From IMG/VR virus record IMGVR_UViG_3300037541_000522, positions 33,812 through 97,811 of that record: a stretch of 64,000 bases of DNA. One strand, given 5' to 3'. The notes beneath the pieces are model-generated. The model searched no databases and was not told the origin of the DNA. It saw nothing but the letters and a program-made list of their open reading frames with translations. The stretch comes from a virus. Below, piece after piece: positions 18,748 through 27,031 of the stretch (position 1 is the stretch's first letter; each line of letters opens with the position of its first letter). The position numbers and the translations under genes were made by a program.

Positions 18748-18824
18748 TGGCACACCTAAGGGGATTCGAACCCCTGATCTACTCCGTGAAAGGGAGTTGT
18801 CCTAGGCCGCTAGACGATAGGTGC
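18748..18824 (-). tRNA. tRNA-Glu (TTC)
   Basis: CT-TTC-AC loop, CCA. Confidence 0.92.
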
Positions 18825-18983
18825 TTATTTTTTCGGCGGTTTAGGGTAAGGTTTCTTGCCCTTGTCACCTTCACGAGCATGAATAGCTGCTTCAGCAGCT
18901 TTACATGACTCTAGTGTGTCAAACTGGCAGTTGCCACGTTGACCATATTTGTACTTACCGTTTGCGCATTTATAGCAAGGCAT
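18825..18983 (-). CDS. small basic Cys-containing protein
   Basis: Manual translation MPCYKCANGKYKYGQRGNCQFDTLESCKAAEAAIHA (52 aa). Confidence 0.55.
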   Translation of the reverse strand: MPCYKCANGKYKYGQRGNCQFDTLESCKAAEAAIHAREGDKGKKPYPKPPKK

Positions 18984-18985
18984 GG

Positions 18986-19291
18986 TTAATCCAGTGCAGG
19001 AATTTTTGTTAGAGTTTTTGTTTTATGCCCTACAATAGTATCTGTAGGCTTGTACTCGCCATCTTGTTCCCTGTACACTCTGATTAAAGCACCTGGGTCA
19101 TCTGGCGTTCCTGTAATTTTAAAACTACTACCGGGGATTTGTTCCTCGCCATTAGTAATTACTTTGGTAACTTTGCCACGAGCAGTACCGCCGCTTGAAT
19201 TCCAACTAACGCTATCGCCCCTTTTAACATTTTTTGCTTTAGTAATTATAGCATCTAAGGCTGCTATAAGCGTTTCTGTAGAGTAGTTCAT
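18986..19291 (-). CDS. DUF2945/Hva1 Tudor-like protein
   Basis: KRGDSVSWNSSGGTARGKV...VGHK; start MNYSTE. Confidence 0.7.
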   Translation of the reverse strand: MNYSTETLIAALDAIITKAKNVKRGDSVSWNSSGGTARGKVTKVITNGEEQIPGSSFKITGTPDDPGALIRVYREQDGEYKPTDTIVGHKTKTLTKIPALD

Positions 19292-19302
19292 AGTATTCTC
19301 CG

Positions 19303-19395
19303 TGGCAGTGAGTGTGGGATTCGAACCCACGGACCCGGTTGACCCGAATCGACGGTTTAGCAAACCGCTGCCTTAAGCCACTCAGCCAACTCACT
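19303..19395 (-). tRNA. tRNA-Ser (GCT)
   Basis: Long variable arm, TT-GCT-AA, G73. Confidence 0.92.
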
Positions 19396-19401
19396 AGGTT
19401 A

Positions 19402-19502
19402 TGGTAGAAGGGGTGGGAATCGAACCCACATTAACTGCCTTATCTGGACAGTGCTTACGAGTTTATAAGGCTCGCCCTAAGGCCAATATTAGCAACCCTT
19501 CC
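19402..19502 (-). tRNA. atypical 101-nt tRNA with TAT anticodon and long variable arm
   Basis: GGAAGGG/CCCTTCT acceptor, A73-CCA, GTGGG-TTCGATT-CCCAC T arm, CT-TAT-AA loop, V-arm stem ACTGTC/GGCAGT. Confidence 0.75.
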
Positions 19503-19508
19503 ATTAAC

Positions 19509-19625
19509 TTATGCATCTAGTTTGCGATTTAGTTGACCACGAACTTGTTTATGGGTTTTGGTATGTGAACCCGCCCTACGTTTGCGGGCTAGTGCCACAT
19601 ACGGATTACGAGGTTTTAGTTTCAT
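19509..19625 (-). CDS. small basic protein
   Basis: Manual translation MKLKPRNPYVALARKRRAGSHTKTHKQVRGQLNRKLDA; downstream of a TATAAT promoter. Confidence 0.55.
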   Translation of the reverse strand: MKLKPRNPYVALARKRRAGSHTKTHKQVRGQLNRKLDA

Positions 19626-19720
19626 GATATACCTAAATTAAATATAAATTACTTTGCAGTTTTAATCAACGCCAAAGTAATATTATAGCAAACTAGATTG
19701 CATAGTTCAATATTAAAATT

Positions 19721-19936
19721 TTAACTGTCTTGTTCTACATAACGATAGTGTTTAGTTATCTCTGTAAAACATTCTTGAAATTGATCGCGGGCTTGTAGGA
19801 ACTGTGTATAGGCTTGAGCACCGTTAGTTGCTAGAGCAAGACTAGCTGCACCCAAGTCATCTACAGCTTGCATTATGGTTTTGTAATCTTGTTCTTGTTT
19901 TGGGCACCAGTATTTATGAATTTTTAAAGCTGACAT
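19721..19936 (-). CDS. hypothetical protein
   Basis: 71-aa ORF. Confidence 0.55.
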   Translation of the reverse strand: MSALKIHKYWCPKQEQDYKTIMQAVDDLGAASLALATNGAQAYTQFLQARDQFQECFTEITKHYRYVEQDS

Positions 19937-20042
19937 TTTTACTACTTTTTATTTAACTGTAATTTGAGAGCAGTCACACCCGCATGTAATCTACTATAGT
20001 GCAGCCGCCTCATCTATAGTAGTGTTATCGATACCGTCCTCC

Positions 20043-20447
20043 TTATATTACGTTCCAATTTGTTCCGCGGAACACTAGTGTAATTGCTCCATCTGTGGCG
20101 GCTAATATTGTGTAGCTTGCTGCATTTTCAATGGTTTCTGCACCATTGGGCGTAACGGTAATATCGCTGGTTTGTCCAGCTTCGCTTTTGATAACTACTG
20201 TTCTACCGTCTACACCGGCAGTTAGGTTAATAGCAATCGCAGCTCCAGTGCCTACTACGCCTAAGTAGTAATTTGGAGTAGTACCTGCACTGTCTAGGGT
20301 ATAGGGACTTGCTGCGTTGTTGACTAGCTGTGTATTAACAGTTTCATTTCCTACAACAGAAATAACGCCGTTAGTAACTGTAATATTTGATCCAACCTTT
20401 ACTACACCGTAGTTGGTGGTTGAGGTTAATGGTGAATTATATGCCAT
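20043..20447 (-). CDS. fibre-like beta-sandwich protein (cassette gene 5)
   Basis: STTNYGVVKVGS repeat plus paralogous C-terminal domain ending GTNWNVI. Confidence 0.7.
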   Translation of the reverse strand: MAYNSPLTSTTNYGVVKVGSNITVTNGVISVVGNETVNTQLVNNAASPYTLDSAGTTPNYYLGVVGTGAAIAINLTAGVDGRTVVIKSEAGQTSDITVTPNGAETIENAASYTILAATDGAITLVFRGTNWNVI

Positions 20448-20485
20448 GGATTTTCTCCTGTTATTGTTATTGTTGGCACTGAAAA

Positions 20486-20791
20486 TTACCCTGCTATACT
20501 CTTCCAGTTAGTGCCGTCGTAAGTAAGTAGTACGCGGCTATATGGAGTATTTAATATTGCAAAACTTGCACCATCAATGGTTTTTCCACTGGGTGCAGTA
20601 ATAGTTATAGGATTTATTTTTGAATTACCTGAAAAATCTTTGATATAATAAGTTTTACCAGTATTACTTCCAGATAGGTTTGGTAGTACCAGTGATGACG
20701 CAGTTGTTACATTACTAAATATAACCTCATCGTCTTTATCAATTGTGGCGGGTGTTGTTGTAATAGTTCTAGTATCATAAGTTATACTCAT
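20486..20791 (-). CDS. fibre-like beta-sandwich protein (cassette gene 4)
   Basis: LP...GKTYYIKD..G....NPITI....IDG...YDGTNW. Confidence 0.7.
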   Translation of the reverse strand: MSITYDTRTITTTPATIDKDDEVIFSNVTTASSLVLPNLSGSNTGKTYYIKDFSGNSKINPITITAPSGKTIDGASFAILNTPYSRVLLTYDGTNWKSIAG

Positions 20792-20792
20792 A

Positions 20793-21353
20793 TTATCCTA
20801 TCCTTGTTAGTGTAACCTTGACTGCATAACCTGTTGGTCTAACAGGATTTACTTGAGCAGCTAGTGGGCTAAAACCAGTAGTTATATCTGGACTACTCCA
20901 ACAGGTTTGTATGTTATCTCCTGCTGCTAAACTCAGTGTATAATTACCGCTTAAGAATACTATAGATAATACGTTTGTTAGTTGTAACTCTTGTGCTGAG
21001 CCTGTTATATCTACACCGTTTTTTCGTAACCATATACTTAGTGTGGCTGTGCCACCGCTGGTTTTTGTGGTTATAAGTGTAAATATTTGAGTATATATAC
21101 CTGCATTTGCAACAGTGATATTGTTACCGCCGCCGCCTATGCTTACTCCATTAGCTGGGCCTAATGTATCAAATGTAATAACATTAACCTGATTAGCAAC
21201 TGGATTAGTTTGTGGGGTACTACTATTAACAAATCCATATTCGCCAAAACTGCTGCTAGTTGCAGTAACAATACCATTTGTTACACTTAATCCACTTCCT
21301 ACTTTGATTACGCCATAGTCTGTGGTACTTGCTAGTGCTTGATTATAGCTCAT
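20793..21353 (-). CDS. BclA C-terminal/C1q-like domain protein (cassette gene 3)
   Basis: ASTTDYGVIKVGSGL repeat; ITFD..GPANGV, ITVANAGIY, LRKNG, LAAGD pattern. Confidence 0.7.
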   Translation of the reverse strand: MSYNQALASTTDYGVIKVGSGLSVTNGIVTATSSSFGEYGFVNSSTPQTNPVANQVNVITFDTLGPANGVSIGGGGNNITVANAGIYTQIFTLITTKTSGGTATLSIWLRKNGVDITGSAQELQLTNVLSIVFLSGNYTLSLAAGDNIQTCWSSPDITTGFSPLAAQVNPVRPTGYAVKVTLTRIG

Positions 21354-21841
21354 ACTACATTCCATTCTATGCCATTATAGACCAAACCAATACTGCCCCA
21401 GTCTGTGTCTAAAACATAAGTTAATTCGCCATCAATACTACTGCCTGTAGTAGTCACAGTAATTGGATTTGTATTAGCATCCCCCGCACTATCTTTGATA
21501 ATAAACACTTTGCCAAGGGTTCCACTAGGAAGTGTAACCGTTACTGCACCATTATAAATTACGCCTAAAAAGTACTCATCTGTGGTAGCACTATAGGTTG
21601 GCGTATCTATGAGTTGCACAGGCACATCTGCTAGTGAGCCTGGTGGTCCTTGTGGTCCTTCCGGACCCTGAGGACCAGGTGGTCCTGGTGGACCGGGTGG
21701 TCCGGGCGTGCCTATGCCATAGTTGATAAATAAGTCATTATCTTCCATGATTGGAGGCGGCAGGGGCGGAGCAGGAACAAGAGCAAACCCTTGCTTTTGC
21801 CACATAAATGGTGGCAATAAGTGTTGTTTTTGTCTTTGCAC
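21350..21841 (-). CDS. collagen-like protein with C-terminal beta-sandwich (cassette gene 2)
   Basis: GTPGPPGPPGPPGPQGPEGPQGPPGS triplets; Pro-rich N-terminus. Confidence 0.75.
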   Translation of the reverse strand: MQRQKQHLLPPFMWQKQGFALVPAPPLPPPIMEDNDLFINYGIGTPGPPGPPGPPGPQGPEGPQGPPGSLADVPVQLIDTPTYSATTDEYFLGVIYNGAVTVTLPSGTLGKVFIIKDSAGDANTNPITVTTTGSSIDGELTYVLDTDWGSIGLVYNGIEWNVV

Positions 21842-21906
21842 AATAATCTCCTATAAAAAGCGCCCCCAGGTCTTTTGAACGTGGGGGGCCAACCGTTAAT
21901 TAGAGA

Positions 21907-22668
21907 TTATCTAATATTTGTATTTGTGTTTGCTGGATTAGCGGTTTGTGTTCCACTACCAACATTGATTGCTGAGTTAGTATTCTGAATGTTTTGAGCA
22001 AGGGCCCAGAGAGCATTGTAAAGCTGACCGTATTGTTGTTGCTGTTGAGCTTGCTGTTGCATCTGGTTAACAGTGGTTGTTGTATTGACCTCTACACCAC
22101 GTGTACGCTCTGCGGTATCAAAACGAGATTGCAGTGCAATAATGTTTGCATTAGCATCGCTGAGTTGACGGTTTAGAGTGGCTTCGTATTGACTAGTGAT
22201 TAAGGCACGAGTCTTGTCACCATCATTGTTAATGTCTTGTGCCAACTGGTAACGGTTTTCCATTACTTGTTGTTGTACGCCATTAAGTTGCTGTGAAAGC
22301 AGCATAGCGGTCGCATTAACTGCTTCTTTGGTACCGTCAACACGAGTTGCCAATGAGCCTGTTTGTGCATTGAGCTGGTTTGTAAAAGCAATGGTTTGAT
22401 TGGCTTGTGACGCTTCCATGGCTGCTGTACTAACAGCTACTGCCTTGTCTACTTGACCAATGCTCTGCATTAGGCTCATGTTGGCTTGAACTTGCTCAGG
22501 CGGACTACGTAGAGTTGCTCCAGCAGCTGCGCCATCTCCTCCAAAGAGATTACCATTGTTGCGTAGGAGCGAGCCTAGGATAAGACCGCCAATAAGACCG
22601 CCGCCTCCGAAAAGACCGTCGCCGCCGCCACTCATCATCATGCCTGCAGGTGTGATTGATTCTGCCAT
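21907..22668 (-). CDS. Gly-rich-anchored, Gln-rich coiled-coil protein (cassette gene 1)
   Basis: GGGGLIGGLILGSLL N-terminus, long heptad region with DGDKTRALI, poly-Q tail; GGAG RBS. Confidence 0.75.
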   Translation of the reverse strand: MAESITPAGMMMSGGGDGLFGGGGLIGGLILGSLLRNNGNLFGGDGAAAGATLRSPPEQVQANMSLMQSIGQVDKAVAVSTAAMEASQANQTIAFTNQLNAQTGSLATRVDGTKEAVNATAMLLSQQLNGVQQQVMENRYQLAQDINNDGDKTRALITSQYEATLNRQLSDANANIIALQSRFDTAERTRGVEVNTTTTVNQMQQQAQQQQQYGQLYNALWALAQNIQNTNSAINVGSGTQTANPANTNTNIR

Positions 22669-22743
22669 TTTGTTCTCCGTTTTTTATTATTGTTTGTGGA
22701 GTTAAACGGCTACTAGGCCGGCAAGCCTAGCTGCCGACCATAA

Positions 22744-22947
22744 TTAACTAACTATGGGTTTCTCTGTGATTACTTCGTACTCATCTAGGGTAAGGCACTC
22801 GTCGTGTTTACTTAACCACATCAAGTTTTCCATCATATAGTTTATATGATCTTGCGTTACCTTAGGGTCTTTGATATGTTCTAAGAGCTTTTTCATGAGT
22901 TTAGGGCTAACCTCAATCTCTACGAACTTGTAATATTTATCGCCCAT
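22744..22947 (-). CDS. small helical protein, paralog of the adjacent gene
   Basis: IEVSPKLMKKLLE...LTLDEYEVI aligns with the neighbour. Confidence 0.6.
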   Translation of the reverse strand: MGDKYYKFVEIEVSPKLMKKLLEHIKDPKVTQDHINYMMENLMWLSKHDECLTLDEYEVITEKPIVS

Positions 22948-23150
22948 TAAAAACCCCCTCTATCAACTATTGTGTCATAGTGTTTCATAGTGAGGAGAGT
23001 ATTTGTTTGCATTAGCCTGATTAGGTGTTCTGCTACAAAGTGCAAATCTTTATCGTGTTTAGCATCTTCGCGCGCAAATTCCATCAATCTAAGCATTAGC
23101 GGAACATCGACTGAAATAATGTCTAATCCGTTATATGCCATCATACACAT
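22947..23150 (-). CDS. small helical protein
   Basis: ISVDVPLMLRLMEFAREDA...LTMKHYDTIV. Confidence 0.65.
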   Translation of the reverse strand: MCMMAYNGLDIISVDVPLMLRLMEFAREDAKHDKDLHFVAEHLIRLMQTNTLLTMKHYDTIVDRGGF

Positions 23151-23208
23151 CTCCGTGTGTTTAAATTCCCCTTACGGGGGCTGTTTGGGTTGGTTCCCAA
23201 ATCTTTTA

Positions 23209-23283
23209 TGGTGGACCGCCGGAGGATCGAACTCCGACCTATGCCGTGCAAAGGCACCGTGCTCCCATTATCACTAGCAGCCC
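23209..23283 (-). tRNA. tRNA-Ala (TGC)
   Basis: G3:U70, TT-TGC-AC, CCA. Confidence 0.92.
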
Positions 23284-23601
23284 TTAATAATAATATACGT
23301 GTGGTTTACGTCCTACTGCGGGCGGATCTACTAGCTCTAGGTCTGTGGTCTTGAGCACTGCGTGCTCCCATACACGGCCACGACGACGCTGTGGACGATT
23401 CATAGTAATACGAGTCCACCAGCTAGGTGTTGTGCTATACCAGCGAAAATGACAGTAGTTTCTACGCTTTTTAGTTTTCTTGCCCGCAACTTGTATGTAA
23501 CGAAAACCAAAGCTACTAGTATCTACACGAATAGCATCGTATAAGTAGTGATCTTCTGGATACGCTACAGTGTGCGGTTTATCTTTTAGAGTACGACTCA
23601 T
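23284..23601 (-). CDS. basic hypothetical protein
   Basis: Start MSRTLKDKP after GGAG; PSWWTR..MNRPQR. Confidence 0.65.
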   Translation of the reverse strand: MSRTLKDKPHTVAYPEDHYLYDAIRVDTSSFGFRYIQVAGKKTKKRRNYCHFRWYSTTPSWWTRITMNRPQRRRGRVWEHAVLKTTDLELVDPPAVGRKPHVYYY

Positions 23602-23611
23602 TATTATCTCC

Positions 23612-23653
23612 AAAAAACCATAGTTCAAATCACGAGTATGAGTTGAACTATGG
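23612..23653 (-). terminator. intrinsic terminator
   Basis: CCATAGTTCAA/TTGAACTATGG 11-bp stem + T6. Confidence 0.7.
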
Positions 23654-24013
23654 CCCCACTCCCTAAAGTGGCTTCATAGTGTCTTGTTACTATTGGGCGA
23701 CGGCCCGCAGGTCTAGAATGTCCAGTTACGTAGTCCACCATCACTAGTAACTTTTATCGCCCTGTTGCGCGGTATAGTCTAGGGATACGACTATGTAAGC
23801 GTGGCGGGAACTATTATATGCAGGTGCTCATTCCTGCTTGCTCTAGACTTCACTGTTCACGTTGTACAGTCGAATATCTTTACGGGGTACGACCCCAGCC
23901 TAGTCACCAGCCTAGAGTTTATAGGTTCAGCGTGAGCAGCGCAATTACGGATGTTGACTAGAAATAAGTTTTCCCAGTTCAGGCTTTAGAGTGCCTTATC
24001 GGGCTAGTCAACA
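23654..24013 (-). ncRNA. candidate large structured ncRNA
   Basis: No ORF of 60 aa or more; many helices and crossing pairings (see findings). Confidence 0.55.
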
Positions 24014-24114
24014 ACCATATTGAAACACACTGTGGTCTATACATACTTTCCTTGAGAGGTATGTGGTGTACCAGCCCTGATCTTTTTAGGGATTTTAATG
24101 TGCTTCAATATGGT
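24014..24114 (-). ncRNA. stem-enclosed RNA element after tRNA-Tyr
   Basis: 16-bp closing stem ACCATATTGAAGCACA/TGTGTTTCAATATGGT with internal hairpins. Confidence 0.5.
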
Positions 24115-24197
24115 GGATGCGGATGGATTCGAACCACCAGCGTTTCTAGTGTCACGAGTTTACAGCCCGCTGCCGTCAACCATTTGGCTACGCATCC
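24111..24197 (-). tRNA. tRNA-Tyr (GTA)
   Basis: CT-GTA-AA, variable arm, CCA. Confidence 0.92.
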
Positions 24198-24383
24198 ATA
24201 GTAAAGTATTTTGCTTACTGCCTGCTCGCGCATGAGTTAATCTTCCTGCCATATGATCCCGCTAAGGATCGGCTACGATTAACTTCAGCCCGCTTTAGGG
24301 ATATACCGGCCGGGTACCCTTATTTCTCTGGGCTGCAATGTCCTGTTTATTTCACCTAGGACGAACAAAATACTTAACTATGG
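24196..24383 (-). ncRNA. stem-enclosed multibranch RNA between tRNA-Leu and tRNA-Tyr
   Basis: 18-nt closing stem with 1 mismatch; four internal helices. Confidence 0.6.
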
Positions 24384-24463
24384 TGCCCTGGGACGGACTC
24401 GAACCGTCACGCTCGCGCACTGGCTTCTAAGACCAGCGTGTCTACCAATTCCACCACCTGGGC
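24381..24463 (-). tRNA. tRNA-Leu (TAG)
   Basis: CT-TAG-AA, variable arm, A73-CCA. Confidence 0.93.
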
Positions 24464-24556
24464 ATGGTAACGATCTAAGGTTTTAATCGTTGTGGCTCAT
24501 GCACCCCAAGCTGACGCTTGTTGAGCTTTTGCGGTTTGTGCCGCCCCATATATAAT

Positions 24557-24585
24557 ATTATACAGTATTAGTTAGCGTGAATCAA
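24557..24585 (-). promoter_or_regulatory. sigma70 promoter of the tRNA/ncRNA transcript
   Basis: TTGATT-N17-TATAAT. Confidence 0.7.
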
Positions 24586-24678
24586 GACAAGAAATTAAAC
24601 GGTAATAGTTGTATTGCTATTTCTTTCTTAATTCACACTATACACATATTATATCACGTTTACTGGTCTAGTGCAAGT

Positions 24679-25680
24679 CTAAATTTTCATTTGCTTGACA
24701 AAAGCAGCCTGAGCAAGGTTTTTCTCTTTGGACTCTAGCATAATGTCGCTATACTCTAGAAAACTACCGGCCCACTCGTTACAAGCTAGGTTCCAGTAGT
24801 AGTCACTATGTGCACGCAATTTAGCTCGCGTGAATCCTTGTGTTAACAATTCCTGCAGGTTGGGTCGGGCATTGCGATCATGTTCGACTACAACATCTTC
24901 ACGACTCAAGCTGTAGTGGATTACTGGCCTAACACCTCGCCAAGATTCCCATAACCGCTGTACACGAGGATCGGTTGGCTCAATGTATTCCCCACTCATA
25001 ATCCAGTGATGGTGAATGTCTAGGACTAGTGCACAGTGATCTACTAGCTCTAGACTAGCATTAATACCCCAGCTAAACTCAGCGTTCTCAATGGTAAGCA
25101 CATTGCGAGCTTCACGACTAAGACGCTTAAGTGCTTGTTTGATACCTTCTGGACCTTGTTTGCCACCAATATGTACGTTGCACTTAAAGTCTTGAAATTC
25201 ACGACCATAACCCATGTAGCGAATAAGGTCTACATGATACTCAAACTCTTGAATAGAGTTTTCAACAACATTTGGGTTTTCACTAGCTAGTACACAAAAC
25301 TGACCGGGATGAAAACTAAGTCGAATATCGTGTTGTCTAGCTAGGTTGCCAATCATATCAAATCTAGCCTCTAGCTCGCGAACTACGTCTGGCTCCCAGT
25401 ACCACCACGACCAGTCGTCGTGGGTATATGCTGGAAGCAAGTCGCTGCTTAGGCGGAACATACGCTCTTGTGCTGGCTTTTTAGCTACCCACTCTAGTTG
25501 CCTGATTATGGCGTTAGTATTCTTGTCCAGAATACCCCATAGCTTGGCTACAGCTACATCTCGGGTCTGATTATTTAGCCAAGTAATTGTGGTAGTGCCG
25601 GTGTTTAGGCCTGGAGCTGCTTTGTCATGGCTTTCTTGAATCTTGCAAGCAAAACCAACTCTGGGGTGTTGTTTGAACAT
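24679..25680 (-). CDS. uvsE: UV-damage endonuclease (UvsE/UvdE)
   Basis: RVGFAC, FRLSSDLLP, RLSFHPGQF, IEN, LDIHHH, HYS, RAHSDY, MLESKEK. Confidence 0.93.
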   Translation of the reverse strand: MFKQHPRVGFACKIQESHDKAAPGLNTGTTTITWLNNQTRDVAVAKLWGILDKNTNAIIRQLEWVAKKPAQERMFRLSSDLLPAYTHDDWSWWYWEPDVVRELEARFDMIGNLARQHDIRLSFHPGQFCVLASENPNVVENSIQEFEYHVDLIRYMGYGREFQDFKCNVHIGGKQGPEGIKQALKRLSREARNVLTIENAEFSWGINASLELVDHCALVLDIHHHWIMSGEYIEPTDPRVQRLWESWRGVRPVIHYSLSREDVVVEHDRNARPNLQELLTQGFTRAKLRAHSDYYWNLACNEWAGSFLEYSDIMLESKEKNLAQAAFVKQMKI

Positions 25681-25868
25681 TATCGTGTGTTTTTATAGTT
25701 ACGGACTGCTTCGGCGTCCAAGCTAGCATAGACTCTGAATTTGTCTTTGCCGACTTGGTCGTAGAGGTCGCTAGCCAGTTTGTACTGCTTTTCGGTGGTT
25801 TCAAGTCCCAGTGGCTCATATCTGCTCGCAAAACATTCCAACAAAAATTCACGGGTATAGCCTGCCAT
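25680..25868 (-). CDS. hypothetical protein
   Basis: Start MAGYTREF with GGAG RBS, after a promoter. Confidence 0.6.
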   Translation of the reverse strand: MAGYTREFLLECFASRYEPLGLETTEKQYKLASDLYDQVGKDKFRVYASLDAEAVRNYKNTR

Positions 25869-26023
25869 GTTTTCTTCTCCAAATGAAAAGATATTATAGC
25901 ACACCGTATCCACTAAGTCAAGATTAAAAATAACCCAACTACACACCCCACAACAATAATTAGTCGCTCTACTACGGTAAAACTTCCACAATGTATAAAG
26001 TTGTGTAATCGGATATTCATAGC

Positions 26024-26881
26024 CTACTCCAAGTCAATCCAGACTTTACTGCTAGCCTGTTCAAAACGCTCAGCCTGTCGCTCGTAACCAGCATATCCAC
26101 GAGGATTACTTACCACACGGCAACTACCGATCTGGTAGTCATTCATCGAATGCACATGACCATGTGCCCATAGCTTAACCTGCGGATTGTCTAGGATGAT
26201 GTTAGTAAGATCACTGTAGTATGCATGGTTGATATAACCATGTACGTGCTCACGGTACTCACTAGCAATTGACTCGTAGCTAGGAGCATGGTGAGTCATC
26301 ACAATAGTTTTGTGGTTGGGGTAGGCTAGTAGAAATTCTTCTAGTCGAGCACGGCTATACCGGTGCTCTTGCTCACTATCACTAGGGGTGAACTTGTTAG
26401 TCCAGTAGCCACCACCAGCTCCCTCTACAAACCTAGCAGGCTCGTGTTTGATTACTTGGTAATCACTCATGAGTCCACCAATAGCATGGGCAACTGTGGG
26501 ATTGCCACGATCATTATCCGTCCACATGGTAGCGCCCCAGATCAGGTAATCTTCAATCTTAACATAACTGTTTTGTAGAATAGTTACGTTAGGGGGTAGA
26601 AGGGGTTCAATACGCTTACGCGCAGTTGAGAAATCATGCTGGTAGTACTCGTGATTGCCAAACACGTATAGGACCTGTGCATACTTAGGCAGTTGGGTAT
26701 CACAAAACTTGTGGTACGCATCTAGAGTACTCATACCACGACCCACATTGTGTGCTAGTCGGATATGTCCTGCCTCTAAGAGGTCACCGCATAGGAGCAG
26801 GAGATCACCACCCGGCAGGACTAGTGTGTCGTGTCCGGTATCAAAGTTAATGTGTAGGTCGCTAGCGATATGCACTCGCAT
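26024..26881 (-). CDS. metallophosphoesterase
   Basis: SDLH, GD, GNHE, THHAP, HGHVH, NPRGY. Confidence 0.9.
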   Translation of the reverse strand: MRVHIASDLHINFDTGHDTLVLPGGDLLLLCGDLLEAGHIRLAHNVGRGMSTLDAYHKFCDTQLPKYAQVLYVFGNHEYYQHDFSTARKRIEPLLPPNVTILQNSYVKIEDYLIWGATMWTDNDRGNPTVAHAIGGLMSDYQVIKHEPARFVEGAGGGYWTNKFTPSDSEQEHRYSRARLEEFLLAYPNHKTIVMTHHAPSYESIASEYREHVHGYINHAYYSDLTNIILDNPQVKLWAHGHVHSMNDYQIGSCRVVSNPRGYAGYERQAERFEQASSKVWIDLE

Positions 26882-26952
26882 GATGTTCTCTGTGTGAATT
26901 ATTTATAAAATATTATATAATTTTTGAGATTTAGGGTCAAGATAGAAATCTT

Positions 26953-27027
26953 TGGCCCGGCCGGAGGGAATCGAACCCCCATTCGCACTTTAGAAGAATG
27001 CTGTCCTATCCGTTGAACGACGGCCAG
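26953..27027 (-). tRNA. tRNA-Arg (TCT)
   Basis: CT-TCT-AA, CCA. Confidence 0.9.
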
Positions 27028-27031
27028 TGTT

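Noticed and set aside
23654-23950. Group I intron or RNase P RNA
   Set aside because: GACTA/TAGTC-like words are in the wrong order or pair locally; no GAGGAAAGTCC signature; no interrupted gene
24465-24548. c-di-GMP riboswitch
   Set aside because: Only superficial GCAAA similarity; the GNRA/receptor architecture is absent
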